Counted from the stretch's first letter, positions 16,834 to 27,099 are shown. The stretch: 64,000 bases of DNA from an uncultured Gammaproteobacteria bacterium (GCA_964491475.1 CAZBFO010000001.1:327538-391537), one strand, 5' to 3'. The notes: generated by a model not told the origin, from the sequence alone. Made by a program: numbers and translations.

Positions 16834-17388
16834 TTACTTCGCCAGCCGTCCGGCCTTCAGGGTCTGTGCCCACCATTGCAGCTCCTTCAACATGCCGGCC
16901 GCGCGCTCCGCGTAGGCAGGATCGGCAATCGCCCCCTTTTCGTCGAAGATCGTCTTGACGTTGCCGAAGTTCATGGTGCTGCGGACGCAGAACATGCCCA
17001 GGTAAGTCAGCACCGGCTTCAGGTTCTCGATTGCGCGGGCGCCGCCGAAGATGCCCGAGGAAACCCCGCAGAGCGCCACGGCCTTGCGGTCGTACTCCTC
17101 GAGCAGCGAGTCGAGGGTGATTTTGAGCTCGCCCGGATAGCCGCGGTTGTACTCGGGGGTGACGATGACCAAGCCGTCGGCGGCGGTCATGATCTTGCGC
17201 CAGCCGTCGGTGCGTTCGCACGGCTGTTTTGAATGATGGGTCAATTGCGTGGCCACGTCGCGGACGTCGACCAGTTCGGTGTGCATGCCGGCGGCCTTGA
17301 CCTGTTCGAGCATGAATGAGGCTGCCTTTTCGGATTGGCGCGTTTCCCGCCCCGTGCCGAGCAGTACCGGAATGTAGAGTGATTCCAT
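16834..17388 (-). CDS. NAD(P)H-dependent FMN reductase family protein
   Basis: MESLYIPVLLGTGRETRQSEKAASF... is typical of this flavodoxin-like family. 184 aa. Confidence 0.7.
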   Translation of the reverse strand: MESLYIPVLLGTGRETRQSEKAASFMLEQVKAAGMHTELVDVRDVATQLTHHSKQPCERTDGWRKIMTAADGLVIVTPEYNRGYPGELKITLDSLLEEYDRKAVALCGVSSGIFGGARAIENLKPVLTYLGMFCVRSTMNFGNVKTIFDEKGAIADPAYAERAAGMLKELQWWAQTLKAGRLAK

Positions 17389-17501
17389 AAAGGTAAGGTG
17401 AATGACCGAAGGATAGCACGACGCCCGCAAGAGGGCACCATTGACTTCGACGAGGAAAAACGGCTCAATGGCATGGCGCTCACGAGAAAGCGAGGTCGTT
17501 C

Positions 17502-18188
17502 ATGCCACCCACGTCGTCAAAGAGCATTTACGCCTTTCATCACGTCGTCTTCGACTTGGACGGCACGCTGCTCAACAGCATCGCCGCCTGCCACGACGCT
17601 TACGCGCATTCGGTCGCGCCGTTCGGCATCCCGAAAGAAGTCGCCATCGCCCATTATCACGCCACCACGGGCCTGCCGCTGCGCCAGCAGTACCGCCTGC
17701 TGTTCGAACAGGAAGGCGTCGACACGAAAGGCGTAACCTTCGGCCGTCTCCAGTCGGCCTTCGACGAGGTCTTCGGAACCCGTCCGGCGCCGTTCTTCGA
17801 CGGCGCCATCTCGACCGTCAGCGCGCTGCATCAGCTCGGCACGGACCTGTTCCTGTCGAGCGCTTCGTCCGACGCGGTGGTGGCCAAACGCCTCCGCGAT
17901 GGGTTCATCGGCGATGTCTTCAGGCTGGCCCTGGGCTCGACGGCGATTCCCAAAGGACGGCGGCACATCGAACGCTTCTTCCGGAGCCTTGGCGTGCCTG
18001 CGCATGCGTTCGCCCAGCACTCCGCCTTCGTCGGTGACGGCGAAACGGACATGCGCATCGCTCGTGCCGCCGGCATGTATGCCATCGGCATCGAAGGAAC
18101 GGTCAGCGCGACACGGCTGCGCGCGGCCGGTGCGCATCGCGTCGCGCCGTCAGTGCGCATCCTCTTGGCCGATTCCGGCCCCTCTTGA
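17502..18188 (+). CDS. HAD-superfamily hydrolase
   Basis: Motif I FDLDGTLL. Downstream motifs SSAS and GDGETD. Confidence 0.75.
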   Translation: MPPTSSKSIYAFHHVVFDLDGTLLNSIAACHDAYAHSVAPFGIPKEVAIAHYHATTGLPLRQQYRLLFEQEGVDTKGVTFGRLQSAFDEVFGTRPAPFFDGAISTVSALHQLGTDLFLSSASSDAVVAKRLRDGFIGDVFRLALGSTAIPKGRRHIERFFRSLGVPAHAFAQHSAFVGDGETDMRIARAAGMYAIGIEGTVSATRLRAAGAHRVAPSVRILLADSGPS

Positions 18189-18224
18189 AACCAAAGCGGA
18201 CCCTCGCAGGTCCGCTTTTTTCGT

Positions 18225-19382
18225 CTATCCGAAGGTGAAGGCGTAACATTCCGCGCCCTTGTCTTTGAACTCGATGCGCAGCAGATGGGTGCCGTACTCC
18301 CCCTTGGCGTCAATCAGGCTGTACAACCGCTGGCCCGAAACGTCCACGAAGGTCTTACCGCCCTCCTCGACCAGGTCCGGGCCGCGCATTCCGGCGGCCA
18401 CCGGCTTCCCGTCAAGCGTCACCTCCGCGCGGACGGTCTTGCCGTTGCCGCCCATCACCAAGTTGACGTTAGCGGCGTTGAAAGTGTAGACGATTGCCGA
18501 TCCAGCCTGCGAACTCACGGCTTTTTCGGATTGGACATCCCAATAGCCGTCGAGCGCGAACATGTTGTGGCGCAACGGCGACGGAATCGAGTAGTGCCGG
18601 TCGGTATCCCTGGCCACGCCCTCGGGACTGGCGAAGTATTCCTGCCTGGAGTAACCGAGATAGGTTTCCGGGGAGCCGATCTTCGAGAAATCGATTTTCG
18701 TTTCGACCTCCGTCACCGGCATCTCGGCGGCCTTGCCTGCCTCGGCCAGCAGCAGCTGGATGTTGCGCTCGGTCTCGTCATAGGCGCCTTCGCCGAAATG
18801 CATCTCGCGCAGCTTGCCGTCCGCGTCGAAGAGGTAATGCGCCGGCCAATAATGGTTGTCGTAGCCGTTCCAGGTGGAATAGGCGTTGTCGAGCGCCACC
18901 GGGTAATTGATGTCGTGACGCTTGATGGCGTCGCGGACGTTGTTCACGTCCTTCTCGAAGGCGAACTCGGGCGTGTGCACGCCGACCACCACGAACCCTT
19001 TGTCCTTGTACTTCTCATACCATGACGTGACGTACGGAAGGGTGCGGATGCAGTTGATGCAGGAATATGTCCAGAAATCGACCAGCACCACTTTGCCCTT
19101 CAGGCTGTCGGGCGTAAGCGGTTCGCTGTTCAGCCAGGCGGTAATTTCGGTAAACGGCGGCATCGCGTCAGCGAGAACCGGGAGCGAAGACTTGTCTCCC
19201 TGCTTCACTCCGCGTGCAATCTGGGAGACGCCCGGCTTGGGCGCGCCGGCAGACGAACTGCCGAGGTCCGTGCCGTTGCGGCCCAAACGGGTATCGACCA
19301 CGTAGGCCATCAGCACCAGGGCCGCCGTGGCCACTGCGCCGATGAAAAGGAACTGCTTGGTCTTGTCGGTGGGAGCGCTCAT
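18225..19382 (-). CDS. thioredoxin-fold thiol:disulfide oxidoreductase (TlpA/ResA-like) with a C-terminal beta-rich domain; DipZ C-terminal-half-like
   Basis: TM anchor, redox motif WTYSCINCIRTLP, then a ~170-aa extra domain. The ATG at 19382 overlaps the TGA of ccdA (ATGA). Confidence 0.75.
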   Translation of the reverse strand: MSAPTDKTKQFLFIGAVATAALVLMAYVVDTRLGRNGTDLGSSSAGAPKPGVSQIARGVKQGDKSSLPVLADAMPPFTEITAWLNSEPLTPDSLKGKVVLVDFWTYSCINCIRTLPYVTSWYEKYKDKGFVVVGVHTPEFAFEKDVNNVRDAIKRHDINYPVALDNAYSTWNGYDNHYWPAHYLFDADGKLREMHFGEGAYDETERNIQLLLAEAGKAAEMPVTEVETKIDFSKIGSPETYLGYSRQEYFASPEGVARDTDRHYSIPSPLRHNMFALDGYWDVQSEKAVSSQAGSAIVYTFNAANVNLVMGGNGKTVRAEVTLDGKPVAAGMRGPDLVEEGGKTFVDVSGQRLYSLIDAKGEYGTHLLRIEFKDKGAECYAFTFG

Positions 19383-20092
19383 AGGTTGCCGGTAAAAGAT
19401 GACGGATAGAACTGGATCAGCCAGGTCTGAAAGGCGATGTCGTAGCCGGTCAGGATCAGCAGCGCCATTCCCACGACCAATACGCCGAAAATCTTGTTCA
19501 AGACCGACTGCCATCTTCCGAAGGCGACCAGCCTGCGTTGCAGGGCATTGCCGCCATAGGCGATGCCCAGCATAGGCACGCCGGCACCGAGCGCATAGGC
19601 GAAAAGCAACAGCAGCGTCGTGAGGAAGTCGGGATTGCGGCTGGCCAGGGTCAAAATCGATCCCAGGATGGGTCCGGCGCAAGGCGTCCAGATCAGTCCG
19701 AGCGAAAGGCCGACCATAAGTCCGGACGCGGCGTCCGTGCGTTTGCTCGCTCCGCTGGAGAGCTTGCCGCTCCACCGCGCCAGCACCGGCTGCAGACTTG
19801 CCATGGCCCTGTCGTAGGCTTTCTCGAAGAGCAGCGCCAGTCCGAAGAGGAGCAGCAGTACCACGGCGACGGTGCGCAAGACGGAGTTGCTGACGCCCAA
19901 GAAAGTACCGAACGTCGCCAGGGCGGCGCCGATGAGGCTGAAGCTGCCCACGAATCCGACGATGATCATCAGCGGCCGGAACTTGGACTTGCCGCCGCTG
20001 GTGCCGAGAAGGAACGGCAGCAGGGGCAAAATGCAGGGCGCGAGGATGGTCAGGAAACCGGCGACGATGGCAAGAAAGAAAAGGCTGTGCAT
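19379..20092 (-). CDS. ccdA: cytochrome c-type biogenesis / disulfide-transfer membrane protein CcdA (DsbD beta-domain family)
   Basis: 6-TM protein with the two conserved Cys (APCILPLL...WTPCAGPILG). Confidence 0.8.
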   Translation of the reverse strand: MHSLFFLAIVAGFLTILAPCILPLLPFLLGTSGGKSKFRPLMIIVGFVGSFSLIGAALATFGTFLGVSNSVLRTVAVVLLLLFGLALLFEKAYDRAMASLQPVLARWSGKLSSGASKRTDAASGLMVGLSLGLIWTPCAGPILGSILTLASRNPDFLTTLLLLFAYALGAGVPMLGIAYGGNALQRRLVAFGRWQSVLNKIFGVLVVGMALLILTGYDIAFQTWLIQFYPSSFTGNL

Positions 20093-20161
20093 AGGGCGTT
20101 TATCGGCAACAAAAAAGTGCCACTACGTTTCGTAAGGCACTATACCACACCTGCCCGCCGG

Positions 20162-20686
20162 TTACATCGCCTGCAGGTAGCGGGTCACGCCGACGAACAG
20201 CAGGCCGACGGCGGCGGCCGTGACCAGCCAGTGCGCCGGCATCCGACGCTCGGCCTTGCCGTCCGCCTTCCAAGCGATGGCAAAAATCACCAGCATCAGC
20301 ACCTTGGAGGCCTCGCAGAAGGGGCAAATGGTGCCCAAATCGCGGATCTCGATGAGCGACAGGTTGATGCCGAACACCAGCGAGAAGAGGGTGAAGGCCT
20401 GAATCGCCCGATAGGCCTGAGGCAGGAATTTCTTGTATGCCAGGGCGGCGATGGTGACGAAGTAAGCCAGGCCAAGGAAAGACAACGGCACGCCCAGCAC
20501 TTCGGAGTAGATGCTCTTGTTGACGATCTCGCAGGACAGGCCGGCGCCGAAGTTGCAGAGGGAGCCTTCGGTGGTCTTAAAGTGCAGGTACGTCAAATAT
20601 CCCATGAACAGGGTGCCGAGACCGCACAGGGCGACGATGATCCTGTCGATTTTGCCGAACGAAGAGGCGTTCTGCATAGAATGCAT
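20162..20686 (-). CDS. vitamin K epoxide reductase (VKOR) family protein
   Basis: 4-5 TM helices with loop Cys pair (GSLCNFGAGLSC) and the active-site CPFC motif. Start may be the MQNASS ATG at 20677. Confidence 0.75.
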   Translation of the reverse strand: MHSMQNASSFGKIDRIIVALCGLGTLFMGYLTYLHFKTTEGSLCNFGAGLSCEIVNKSIYSEVLGVPLSFLGLAYFVTIAALAYKKFLPQAYRAIQAFTLFSLVFGINLSLIEIRDLGTICPFCEASKVLMLVIFAIAWKADGKAERRMPAHWLVTAAAVGLLFVGVTRYLQAM

Positions 20687-20828
20687 GCTGCCAGGACGTT
20701 ACCACGAAAACAGGTGATTGTCGAGGTGGCCGGGCGGGCGCGCTTGCGCCCGGCACGACCGTCGTCTAGGCTGAAAGCAGTCCTGAATGCTTGGGACTTT
20801 TACCGCCCCGGGCACAAAGGAGACAGCC

Positions 20829-21134
20829 GTGAGAGCCAAAAAAATTCTCCTGCAGAACAGCACGACCAACGTGCTGTATGTGCAGGTCATGGTGGAAAAC
20901 GACACGTTCATTGTCACTTTGCACGGACGCATGCCGTTGGACCGATGCGATACGGTGCCGCCGAAGAAGATGGCGTCCTATTCGGTCAACGCGGCCGTGC
21001 GCCGCTGCATCACGCCGGCGGAACGGCTCAACTACACCGTACGCAACAAGTCGGGCGGACCTCTCGACGTCGACGTGCGCCCCGACGCCAAGCGCGAGGC
21101 CATCGTCATGACCGTCATCGCCCAAAAAAACTGA
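20829..21134 (+). CDS. small hypothetical protein, tandem paralog 1 (101 aa)
   Basis: GTG start with AAAGGAGA Shine-Dalgarno. Aligns along its length with the following gene. Confidence 0.5.
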   Translation: MRAKKILLQNSTTNVLYVQVMVENDTFIVTLHGRMPLDRCDTVPPKKMASYSVNAAVRRCITPAERLNYTVRNKSGGPLDVDVRPDAKREAIVMTVIAQKN

Positions 21135-21168
21135 CCGCGCGGCATGAGGCGCAGAAAGGAGAAAGCGC

Positions 21169-21447
21169 ATGCGATTTTACGCCGTCAACGCGACCGGCAT
21201 CACCCTGCACGTCCGGCTGGATCGCGATGCCAAGGACGAACTCGTCCTGACGGTCAGCAAGCGGAAGATGGAACAGCCGCCCAAGCCGCTTTCCGCCTAC
21301 GTGCTGGCCAGCAGGACGCCCACGCGCATCGCCCACCTGGACGAGCGCAAGTCGTTCACGCTCAAGAACCCGGACCGAATGATCTTCGAAGACTTCCTCG
21401 ACAGCGACAAGGATCGGATTCTCAAAGTGACCGGCTTCCTCAACTGA
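21169..21447 (+). CDS. small hypothetical protein, tandem paralog 2 (92 aa)
   Basis: [23 protein letters not shown]... Followed by a strong terminator. Confidence 0.5.
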   Translation: MRFYAVNATGITLHVRLDRDAKDELVLTVSKRKMEQPPKPLSAYVLASRTPTRIAHLDERKSFTLKNPDRMIFEDFLDSDKDRILKVTGFLN

Positions 21448-21449
21448 CT

Positions 21450-21478
21450 CCCGCGGCTGCCGCCGCGGGCTTTTTTTT
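21450..21478 (+). terminator. rho-independent terminator (CCCGCGGC-loop-GCCGCGGG + T8)
   Basis: 8-bp GC stem followed by TTTTTTTT. Confidence 0.8.
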
Positions 21479-21524
21479 CGCCTCGCGGCGCGGTACACTC
21501 GTACGGACGTTCATCCGTCCCCAC

Positions 21525-22802
21525 ATGCTCGAACACCTTTCCGCACAAGACCCCGAAATCGCCGAAGCCGTACGCAACGAAGTCGCCCGGCAGAAGAACG
21601 GCCTGGAGATGATCGCCTCCGAAAACATCGTCTCCATGGCGGTGCTCGAGGCGCTGGGCACGCCGCTGACCAACAAATATTCCGAAGGCTACCCCGGCAA
21701 GCGCTACTACGGCGGCAACGCCTGCATCGACGTCATCGAGAATGCGGCCATCATCCGAGCGCGCAAGCTGTTCGGTGCCGAACACGCCAACGTGCAGCCG
21801 CACTCCGGCTCGTCGGCCAACGCGGCGGCGTACTTTGCGCTGGCGGAGCACGGCGACACCATCCTGGCATTGGACCTGGCCCATGGCGGCCACCTGACCC
21901 ATGGCAGCGCGGTGAACTTCTCCGGTCGGCAGTACCGCATGGTCCATTACGGCGTGCGCAAGGAAGACGAGCGCATCGACATGGACCAGGTACGGCAGCT
22001 GGCGCTCAAGGAAAAACCGAAGGTAATCGTAGCCGGCTTCACGGCGTATTCGCGCCAGCTCGATTTTGCGGCTTTCCGCAAAATCGCCGAAGAAGTCGGC
22101 GCGTACCTGATGGTGGACATGGCGCACTTTGCCGGTTTGGTGGCGGCAAGGCTGTACCCGGACCCGATACCACACGCCGATGTGGTCACGGCCACCACCC
22201 ACAAGACCTTGCGCGGGCCTCGTGGCGGCCTGATTCTCTGCAAGACCGAAGACCGGCTGCGCCCCAACGACAAGAAGACGCTGGCCCAGCGCATCGACAG
22301 CGCGGTCTTCCCCGGCATGCAAGGCGGTCCGCTGGACCATGTGGTCGCGGCCAAGGCCGTGGCCTTCAGGGAGGCGCTGGACCCGGCCTTCGTTGACTAT
22401 CAGCGCCGGACCATCGACAATGCCCGAGCCCTTTCCGAAGGGCTGACGGCCCAGGGCTTCCGGGTGGTCACCGGCGGCACCGACAACCACCTGCTTCTGC
22501 TCGACCTGACCGCCGCCGGCATAGGCGGCAAAAAGGCCGAGGAGGCGCTCGATGCCGTCGGCATCGCCGTCAACAAGAACATGATCCCCTTCGATTCGCG
22601 CAAGCCGACCGACCCGTCCGGCCTGCGCCTGGGCACGCCGGCGTTGACTACCCGCGGCTGCGACGAAGGCGACATGACGCTCATCGCCGCGCTCATCGCC
22701 CGCGTGCTCAAGGCGCCGGACGACGAGCAGGTACGAACTGACGTTTCTGCCGCCGTCCGCGAGCTGGCGGCGCGACGACCCATCTACCCCGAACTGCAGT
22801 AA
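21525..22802 (+). CDS. glyA: serine hydroxymethyltransferase
   Basis: Full-length SHMT with PLP-Lys region [16 protein letters not shown]. 425 aa. ATG at 21525 lacks a Shine-Dalgarno. Confidence 0.95.
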   Translation: MLEHLSAQDPEIAEAVRNEVARQKNGLEMIASENIVSMAVLEALGTPLTNKYSEGYPGKRYYGGNACIDVIENAAIIRARKLFGAEHANVQPHSGSSANAAAYFALAEHGDTILALDLAHGGHLTHGSAVNFSGRQYRMVHYGVRKEDERIDMDQVRQLALKEKPKVIVAGFTAYSRQLDFAAFRKIAEEVGAYLMVDMAHFAGLVAARLYPDPIPHADVVTATTHKTLRGPRGGLILCKTEDRLRPNDKKTLAQRIDSAVFPGMQGGPLDHVVAAKAVAFREALDPAFVDYQRRTIDNARALSEGLTAQGFRVVTGGTDNHLLLLDLTAAGIGGKKAEEALDAVGIAVNKNMIPFDSRKPTDPSGLRLGTPALTTRGCDEGDMTLIAALIARVLKAPDDEQVRTDVSAAVRELAARRPIYPELQ

Positions 22803-22818
22803 CCTGGAAAGGAAAACC

Positions 22819-23652
22819 ATGTCAGCGAAACCGATCGACGGAAAATCCCTTGCCGCAGCCATCGTGGCTCGCGCCCGACGCGACTGCCTCGAATTGGGCT
22901 ATTCGCCCAGCTTGGCGGTAGTGATCGTCGGCGACGATCCGGCTTCGCACCAATACGTGCGTCTCAAAGAGAATGCGTGCCGTGAAGCCGGCATCCGCTT
23001 TGAGCGCCTGTCATTCGCCGCCGACGCCAACATCGGCCTGATCGTCCGTGCCATCGAGACACTGAACCGTCGGCAGGATGTCGATGCCATCTTGGTGCAG
23101 CTGCCGCTGCCCGAGCCGCTCGACGAGAGCGTGGTCATAAGGACCATCGACCCGGTCAAGGACGTCGACGGCTTCCACCCCGACAACGCCGATGCGCTGG
23201 CCAACGGCTCACCGCGACTGATCCCCGGCCTGGCAGCGGGCATCACGGCACTCATCAAGTCAACCGATGAGCCGCTGCGCGGAAAGAAGGCCGCAGTCAT
23301 CGCCAACAGCAGGATTTTTTTCGATCCGCTGGCGATCGTGCTGCGCTCGGCCGGCATCGAGCCGACCTACCTGCGTCCCGACGAGGCCGCGCGCGCCCGC
23401 GAGGCCGACGTCATCGTCATCGCCATCGGCCGCGCGCACTTCCTGAAGGCGGAGATGGTCAAACCGGGCGCGATCGTCATCGATGTCGGCACCAACAAGC
23501 TCGACGGCAAAACCGTCGGCGACGTCGACCTTTCCGCGTGGGAACCGGCGGCATTCGTCTCCCCCGTTCCCGGCGGCGTCGGTCCGATGACCGTGGGCAT
23601 GCTCATCAAGAATACCGTCGAGCTGGCCAAGAAGCGGCGCGGGCACGGATAG
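22819..23652 (+). CDS. folD: bifunctional methylenetetrahydrofolate dehydrogenase/cyclohydrolase
   Basis: FolD motifs YVRLKENACREAGI, ILVQLPLP, GGVGPMTV. Confidence 0.9.
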   Translation: MSAKPIDGKSLAAAIVARARRDCLELGYSPSLAVVIVGDDPASHQYVRLKENACREAGIRFERLSFAADANIGLIVRAIETLNRRQDVDAILVQLPLPEPLDESVVIRTIDPVKDVDGFHPDNADALANGSPRLIPGLAAGITALIKSTDEPLRGKKAAVIANSRIFFDPLAIVLRSAGIEPTYLRPDEAARAREADVIVIAIGRAHFLKAEMVKPGAIVIDVGTNKLDGKTVGDVDLSAWEPAAFVSPVPGGVGPMTVGMLIKNTVELAKKRRGHG

Positions 23653-23655
23653 CCT

Positions 23656-24807
23656 CTACACCAGCTTGCCGATCAGCCGTGCAATGGTCAGCAAGGCACC
23701 GACCGCAAGAATCGTAATCGAGACGTAAGCGACCCAGATCGGCACGCCCAGAGCTTTCTTGACGGCGTGCTTTTTCGTTACCGCGACGTAGAGCAGCGCC
23801 ACCAGTATGGCGCTGGTGCCGCTGAAGACGGCGCCGGTGAAGCCGACGATGGTGACGAAGTCCTTCACGCCCAGCAGCATCAGCGTGAACGGCGGCACGA
23901 CGGTCAGCATCCAGGACCAGAACTGCGAGAACTTGTAGTCATAGCGGAAGGTGTTCCGGAGGTTGGTGGCGCTGGCGAAGAACGCGGCGGTCACGGCCAG
24001 CAGGCCGGCGATGGCCCCGACCTTGGCGATGCCAGGGCCCAGCACGGCCTGCAAGCCCTTCACGGCCTCGGTAGTGGTGGCCGCACCGGTCACGCCCAGC
24101 ACGGTCAGGCTGAAGGAGGCCACCAGCGTGGCGGCCGAAAGCGTGCCGATCACGATGGCCTTGCGGTAATTCTCATGCTTGCCCTTGAGGATGTCTTCCA
24201 TTTCGAGAATCGCCGGCAGGCCCGAAAGCGAGAACAGCAGGATGCCGTACGGCAGCAGCAGATCGTGACCGGAAACCAGCGGCAGGTAGTTTTCGAGGCG
24301 CACGTGCGGCAGGCCCAAGTACAGGATGACGGCCATGGCCAAAATCATGCCCGTGGTGACCACCGTGCCGATGCGCGTGACGAAGCCGAGGCCGAGGTAG
24401 ATGAGGCCGGCGCCGACGGCGGCCCATCCGATCTGGTACAGCAGCGGCACCCCGCCGAAGAACGGCGACAGCAAGTTGGACAGGAAGGTGCCGCCGACCA
24501 CCATATAAGCGAGCAGCGCGCCCCAGAACCCCAACATGATGGCAGCGGCCGCAACCGCCTTGGCGCGGCGTCCCAAGTACCGTTCCACCAATCCGACCAA
24601 GCGAAGCGGCACCGGACAGGCGATCGCCGCCTCCGCGTAGTAGAGGTGCTGCATGAGCTGTACGCTGGCCAGCACCACCAGGTAGATGATCGCCGGCAGC
24701 ACGCCCGATCGCGAAAAGGCGTACGGCACGCCGAAGATGCCCACGCCGATGATGGAGCCGATGAGCGTCAGCACCGCTGAACGAAATGCCTGTCGATCGG
24801 TTTGCAT
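23656..24807 (-). CDS. amino-acid transporter (APC/amino-acid-permease-like, ~11 TM)
   Basis: Polytopic membrane protein with GVGIFGVPYAF N-terminal motif. Probably leaderless: TGcTATACT lies 6 nt before the ATG at 24807. Confidence 0.55.
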   Translation of the reverse strand: MQTDRQAFRSAVLTLIGSIIGVGIFGVPYAFSRSGVLPAIIYLVVLASVQLMQHLYYAEAAIACPVPLRLVGLVERYLGRRAKAVAAAAIMLGFWGALLAYMVVGGTFLSNLLSPFFGGVPLLYQIGWAAVGAGLIYLGLGFVTRIGTVVTTGMILAMAVILYLGLPHVRLENYLPLVSGHDLLLPYGILLFSLSGLPAILEMEDILKGKHENYRKAIVIGTLSAATLVASFSLTVLGVTGAATTTEAVKGLQAVLGPGIAKVGAIAGLLAVTAAFFASATNLRNTFRYDYKFSQFWSWMLTVVPPFTLMLLGVKDFVTIVGFTGAVFSGTSAILVALLYVAVTKKHAVKKALGVPIWVAYVSITILAVGALLTIARLIGKLV

Positions 24808-24900
24808 GTGCACAGTATAGCACGCCGTTCCATTGCCGCCGCGTCCGTCTGGGCATATGCTTGACCCTGACGTTCTTTCGCCGCCATCACGAGGTGCCTG

Positions 24901-25530
24901 ATGAGCCTTTTCGGCAAAAAATCAGGTCCTGGCTTGCCCATCCTGATTGCCAACGGTTTCGCGCCATTCCCGCTCCCTCTCCAGCTGGTGCAGCTGGAAT
25001 ACTGGAACCGCGGATTTCCCAGTCACGTCATCCCTTTCCGGTTGATCGACAACCGTGATGTCAACGTTTACGCGCGGAACGTGGCAGACTCGGTGAAACG
25101 CATCTGCGACCGTCACCGGCTGGCACGAATCAACCTGATGGGCTTGAGTCTTGGTGCCGTCGCCGGACTGGCGGCCATCAAGCGGTTGGGCATCGCCTCG
25201 CGCATCGCCACCTTCGTGGCCGTGGGCGGACCGATCATGGGAACCAATCTGGCCTATGCGGGCTTGCCGACGATCGTGTTCTCGCGCATCGGCGCGCAGC
25301 TGCTGCCTTCCAGCCAGTTCGTTCAAAAGCTCGCCTCGGAGCCGCTGCCGCACGGACCTCGCTACGTCGCCGTCGCCGGCAGCAACGATCTGGTTTGCCC
25401 CACCTGGACCGCGTTGTTTCCCGGCGCCGAGCACATTGTGCTCAAGTTCCACCACGTGGGCGTCGTCGGCGATCCCGGCATCGCCGATGCCGTCGCGCCG
25501 TATCTCGGCAAGCAGCCCTCCCCGCGATAG
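24901..25530 (+). CDS. alpha/beta-hydrolase, lipase/esterase-like
   Basis: GxSxG nucleophile elbow (MGLSLGA). Confidence 0.6.
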   Translation: MSLFGKKSGPGLPILIANGFAPFPLPLQLVQLEYWNRGFPSHVIPFRLIDNRDVNVYARNVADSVKRICDRHRLARINLMGLSLGAVAGLAAIKRLGIASRIATFVAVGGPIMGTNLAYAGLPTIVFSRIGAQLLPSSQFVQKLASEPLPHGPRYVAVAGSNDLVCPTWTALFPGAEHIVLKFHHVGVVGDPGIADAVAPYLGKQPSPR

Positions 25531-25635
25531 GAGGGCTTTTTTAAACCTGACTGGCCGTCTGCTCACAGTTTCTCCACCCATTGTCCCGTTTTTCGCATTG
25601 AAACAAGGGGGACGCTACAGTACAGTAGAACTGTT

Positions 25636-27075
25636 ATGTCATCCACCGGACGCATCCCCCCGCAAAATATCGAGGCCGAACAGTCGTTTTTGGGCGCCCT
25701 GCTCATCGAAAAGGACTCCCTGCTTCGCGTCGAGGACATGCTCCGCCCCGAGGACTTTTACCGCCAGTCGCACACCGAAATCTATCAGGCCATCATCGAG
25801 CTGAACGACAAGAAGGAACCCATCGACCTGCTCACTCTCGGCAACCGCCTCAACGAGAAAGGCAAGCTCGAATCGGTCGGCGGCCGCGCCTACCTGATCG
25901 AGCTGACGACGATGGTGCCCACCGCCGCGCACGTCCAGCACTACGCCGGAATCGTCCAAAAGAAGGCCACGCTGCGTCGCCTGCTGTCCGCCTCGACCGA
26001 AATCACCAGCATCGCCTTCGACGAAGACGAGGACATCGGCGAGACGCTCAACCGCGCCGAACAGAAGCTGTTCGGCATCTCGCAGAACTACCTCAAGACC
26101 AACTTCACTCCCATCAAGGACGCGCTCCACACCGCCTTTGACCGCATCGACGAGCTGCACCGCGAGCGCGGCAAGCTGCGCGGCATCCCCACCGGCTTCA
26201 CCGACCTCGACAGCCTGCTCGGCGGCCTGCAACGTTCCGACCTGATCATCCTTGCGGCGCGTCCGTCGGTCGGCAAGACGGCCTTCGCCATGGACATCGC
26301 CCGCCAGACGGCGGTCAAGTACAAGGTGCCGGTCGGCATCTTCTCCTTGGAAATGTCCAAGGAACAGCTGGTCGATCGCATGATCTGCGCCGAAGCCGGC
26401 GTCGACCTTTGGAAGATGCGCACCGGCAAGCTGAACGACAGCGGCGATGCCTCGAGCGACTTCGTGCGCATCGGTAACGCCCTCGGCAACCTGTCCGAAG
26501 CGCCCATCTTCATCGACGACACCTCCAACCTGACCATCACCGAAATCCGCACCAAGGCCCGCCGCCTGCAGAAGGACCGCGGCCTGGGCATGCTGGTGAT
26601 CGACTACTTGCAGCTGATGGAATCGCGCAGCGGCAACAAGAACTCCGACAACCGCACCCAAGAAGTGGCCGAAATCACCCGTGCGCTCAAAGGTTTGGCC
26701 CGCGAACTGAACATCCCGGTGCTGGCGCTGTCGCAGCTCTCCCGTACCACCGAAGCCTCCAAGCCGGCCATCCCCAAACTGTCGCACCTGCGCGAATCCG
26801 GTTCCATCGAGCAAGACGCCGACATCGTCATGTTCATTTACCGCAAGGCCGCCGACAAGAACTACCGGTTGGACGAAATCCCCTTGGACGAGCGCTACAT
26901 CGGCGAAATCCACGTGGCCAAGCACCGCAACGGCCCCGTCGGCGAAGTGAAGCTGTTCTTCGACGAGGCCCGCGCCAGCTACCGCAACCTGGACCGCCGC
27001 GCCATGTCGCAGATGGCCCCGGCCATGGCCGCCGCGGCACCCGCAGCCGCCCCGCCATCCGCCCCGCAATTTTGA
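25636..27075 (+). CDS. dnaB: replicative DNA helicase DnaB
   Basis: N-terminal domain NIEAEQSFLGALL, Walker A ARPSVGKTAF, Walker B MLVIDYLQLM, arginine finger region. 479 aa. Confidence 0.95.
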   Translation: MSSTGRIPPQNIEAEQSFLGALLIEKDSLLRVEDMLRPEDFYRQSHTEIYQAIIELNDKKEPIDLLTLGNRLNEKGKLESVGGRAYLIELTTMVPTAAHVQHYAGIVQKKATLRRLLSASTEITSIAFDEDEDIGETLNRAEQKLFGISQNYLKTNFTPIKDALHTAFDRIDELHRERGKLRGIPTGFTDLDSLLGGLQRSDLIILAARPSVGKTAFAMDIARQTAVKYKVPVGIFSLEMSKEQLVDRMICAEAGVDLWKMRTGKLNDSGDASSDFVRIGNALGNLSEAPIFIDDTSNLTITEIRTKARRLQKDRGLGMLVIDYLQLMESRSGNKNSDNRTQEVAEITRALKGLARELNIPVLALSQLSRTTEASKPAIPKLSHLRESGSIEQDADIVMFIYRKAADKNYRLDEIPLDERYIGEIHVAKHRNGPVGEVKLFFDEARASYRNLDRRAMSQMAPAMAAAAPAAAPPSAPQF

Positions 27076-27099
27076 CCTGGCCGACCCAGCACGTATACT
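27072..27099 (+). promoter_or_regulatory. promoter TTGACC-16-TATACT followed by the shared GATCCCC leader
   Basis: Hexamers at 27072-27077 and 27094-27099. Same TATACTGATCCC string as at 15199. Confidence 0.5.

Noticed and set aside
20733-20760. GC-rich hairpin GCCGGGCG-(10)-CGCCCGGC between VKOR and the small paralog genes, considered as a terminator or operator.
   Set aside because: No adjacent U-tract on either strand and no second copy in the window. It may be a regulator site, but the evidence is insufficient.
21448-21524. Possible ZTP/pfl or glycine riboswitch ahead of glyA-folD.
   Set aside because: The leader is only ~45 nt after a terminator and lacks the conserved pfl pseudoknot sequences. 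It is too short for either riboswitch class.
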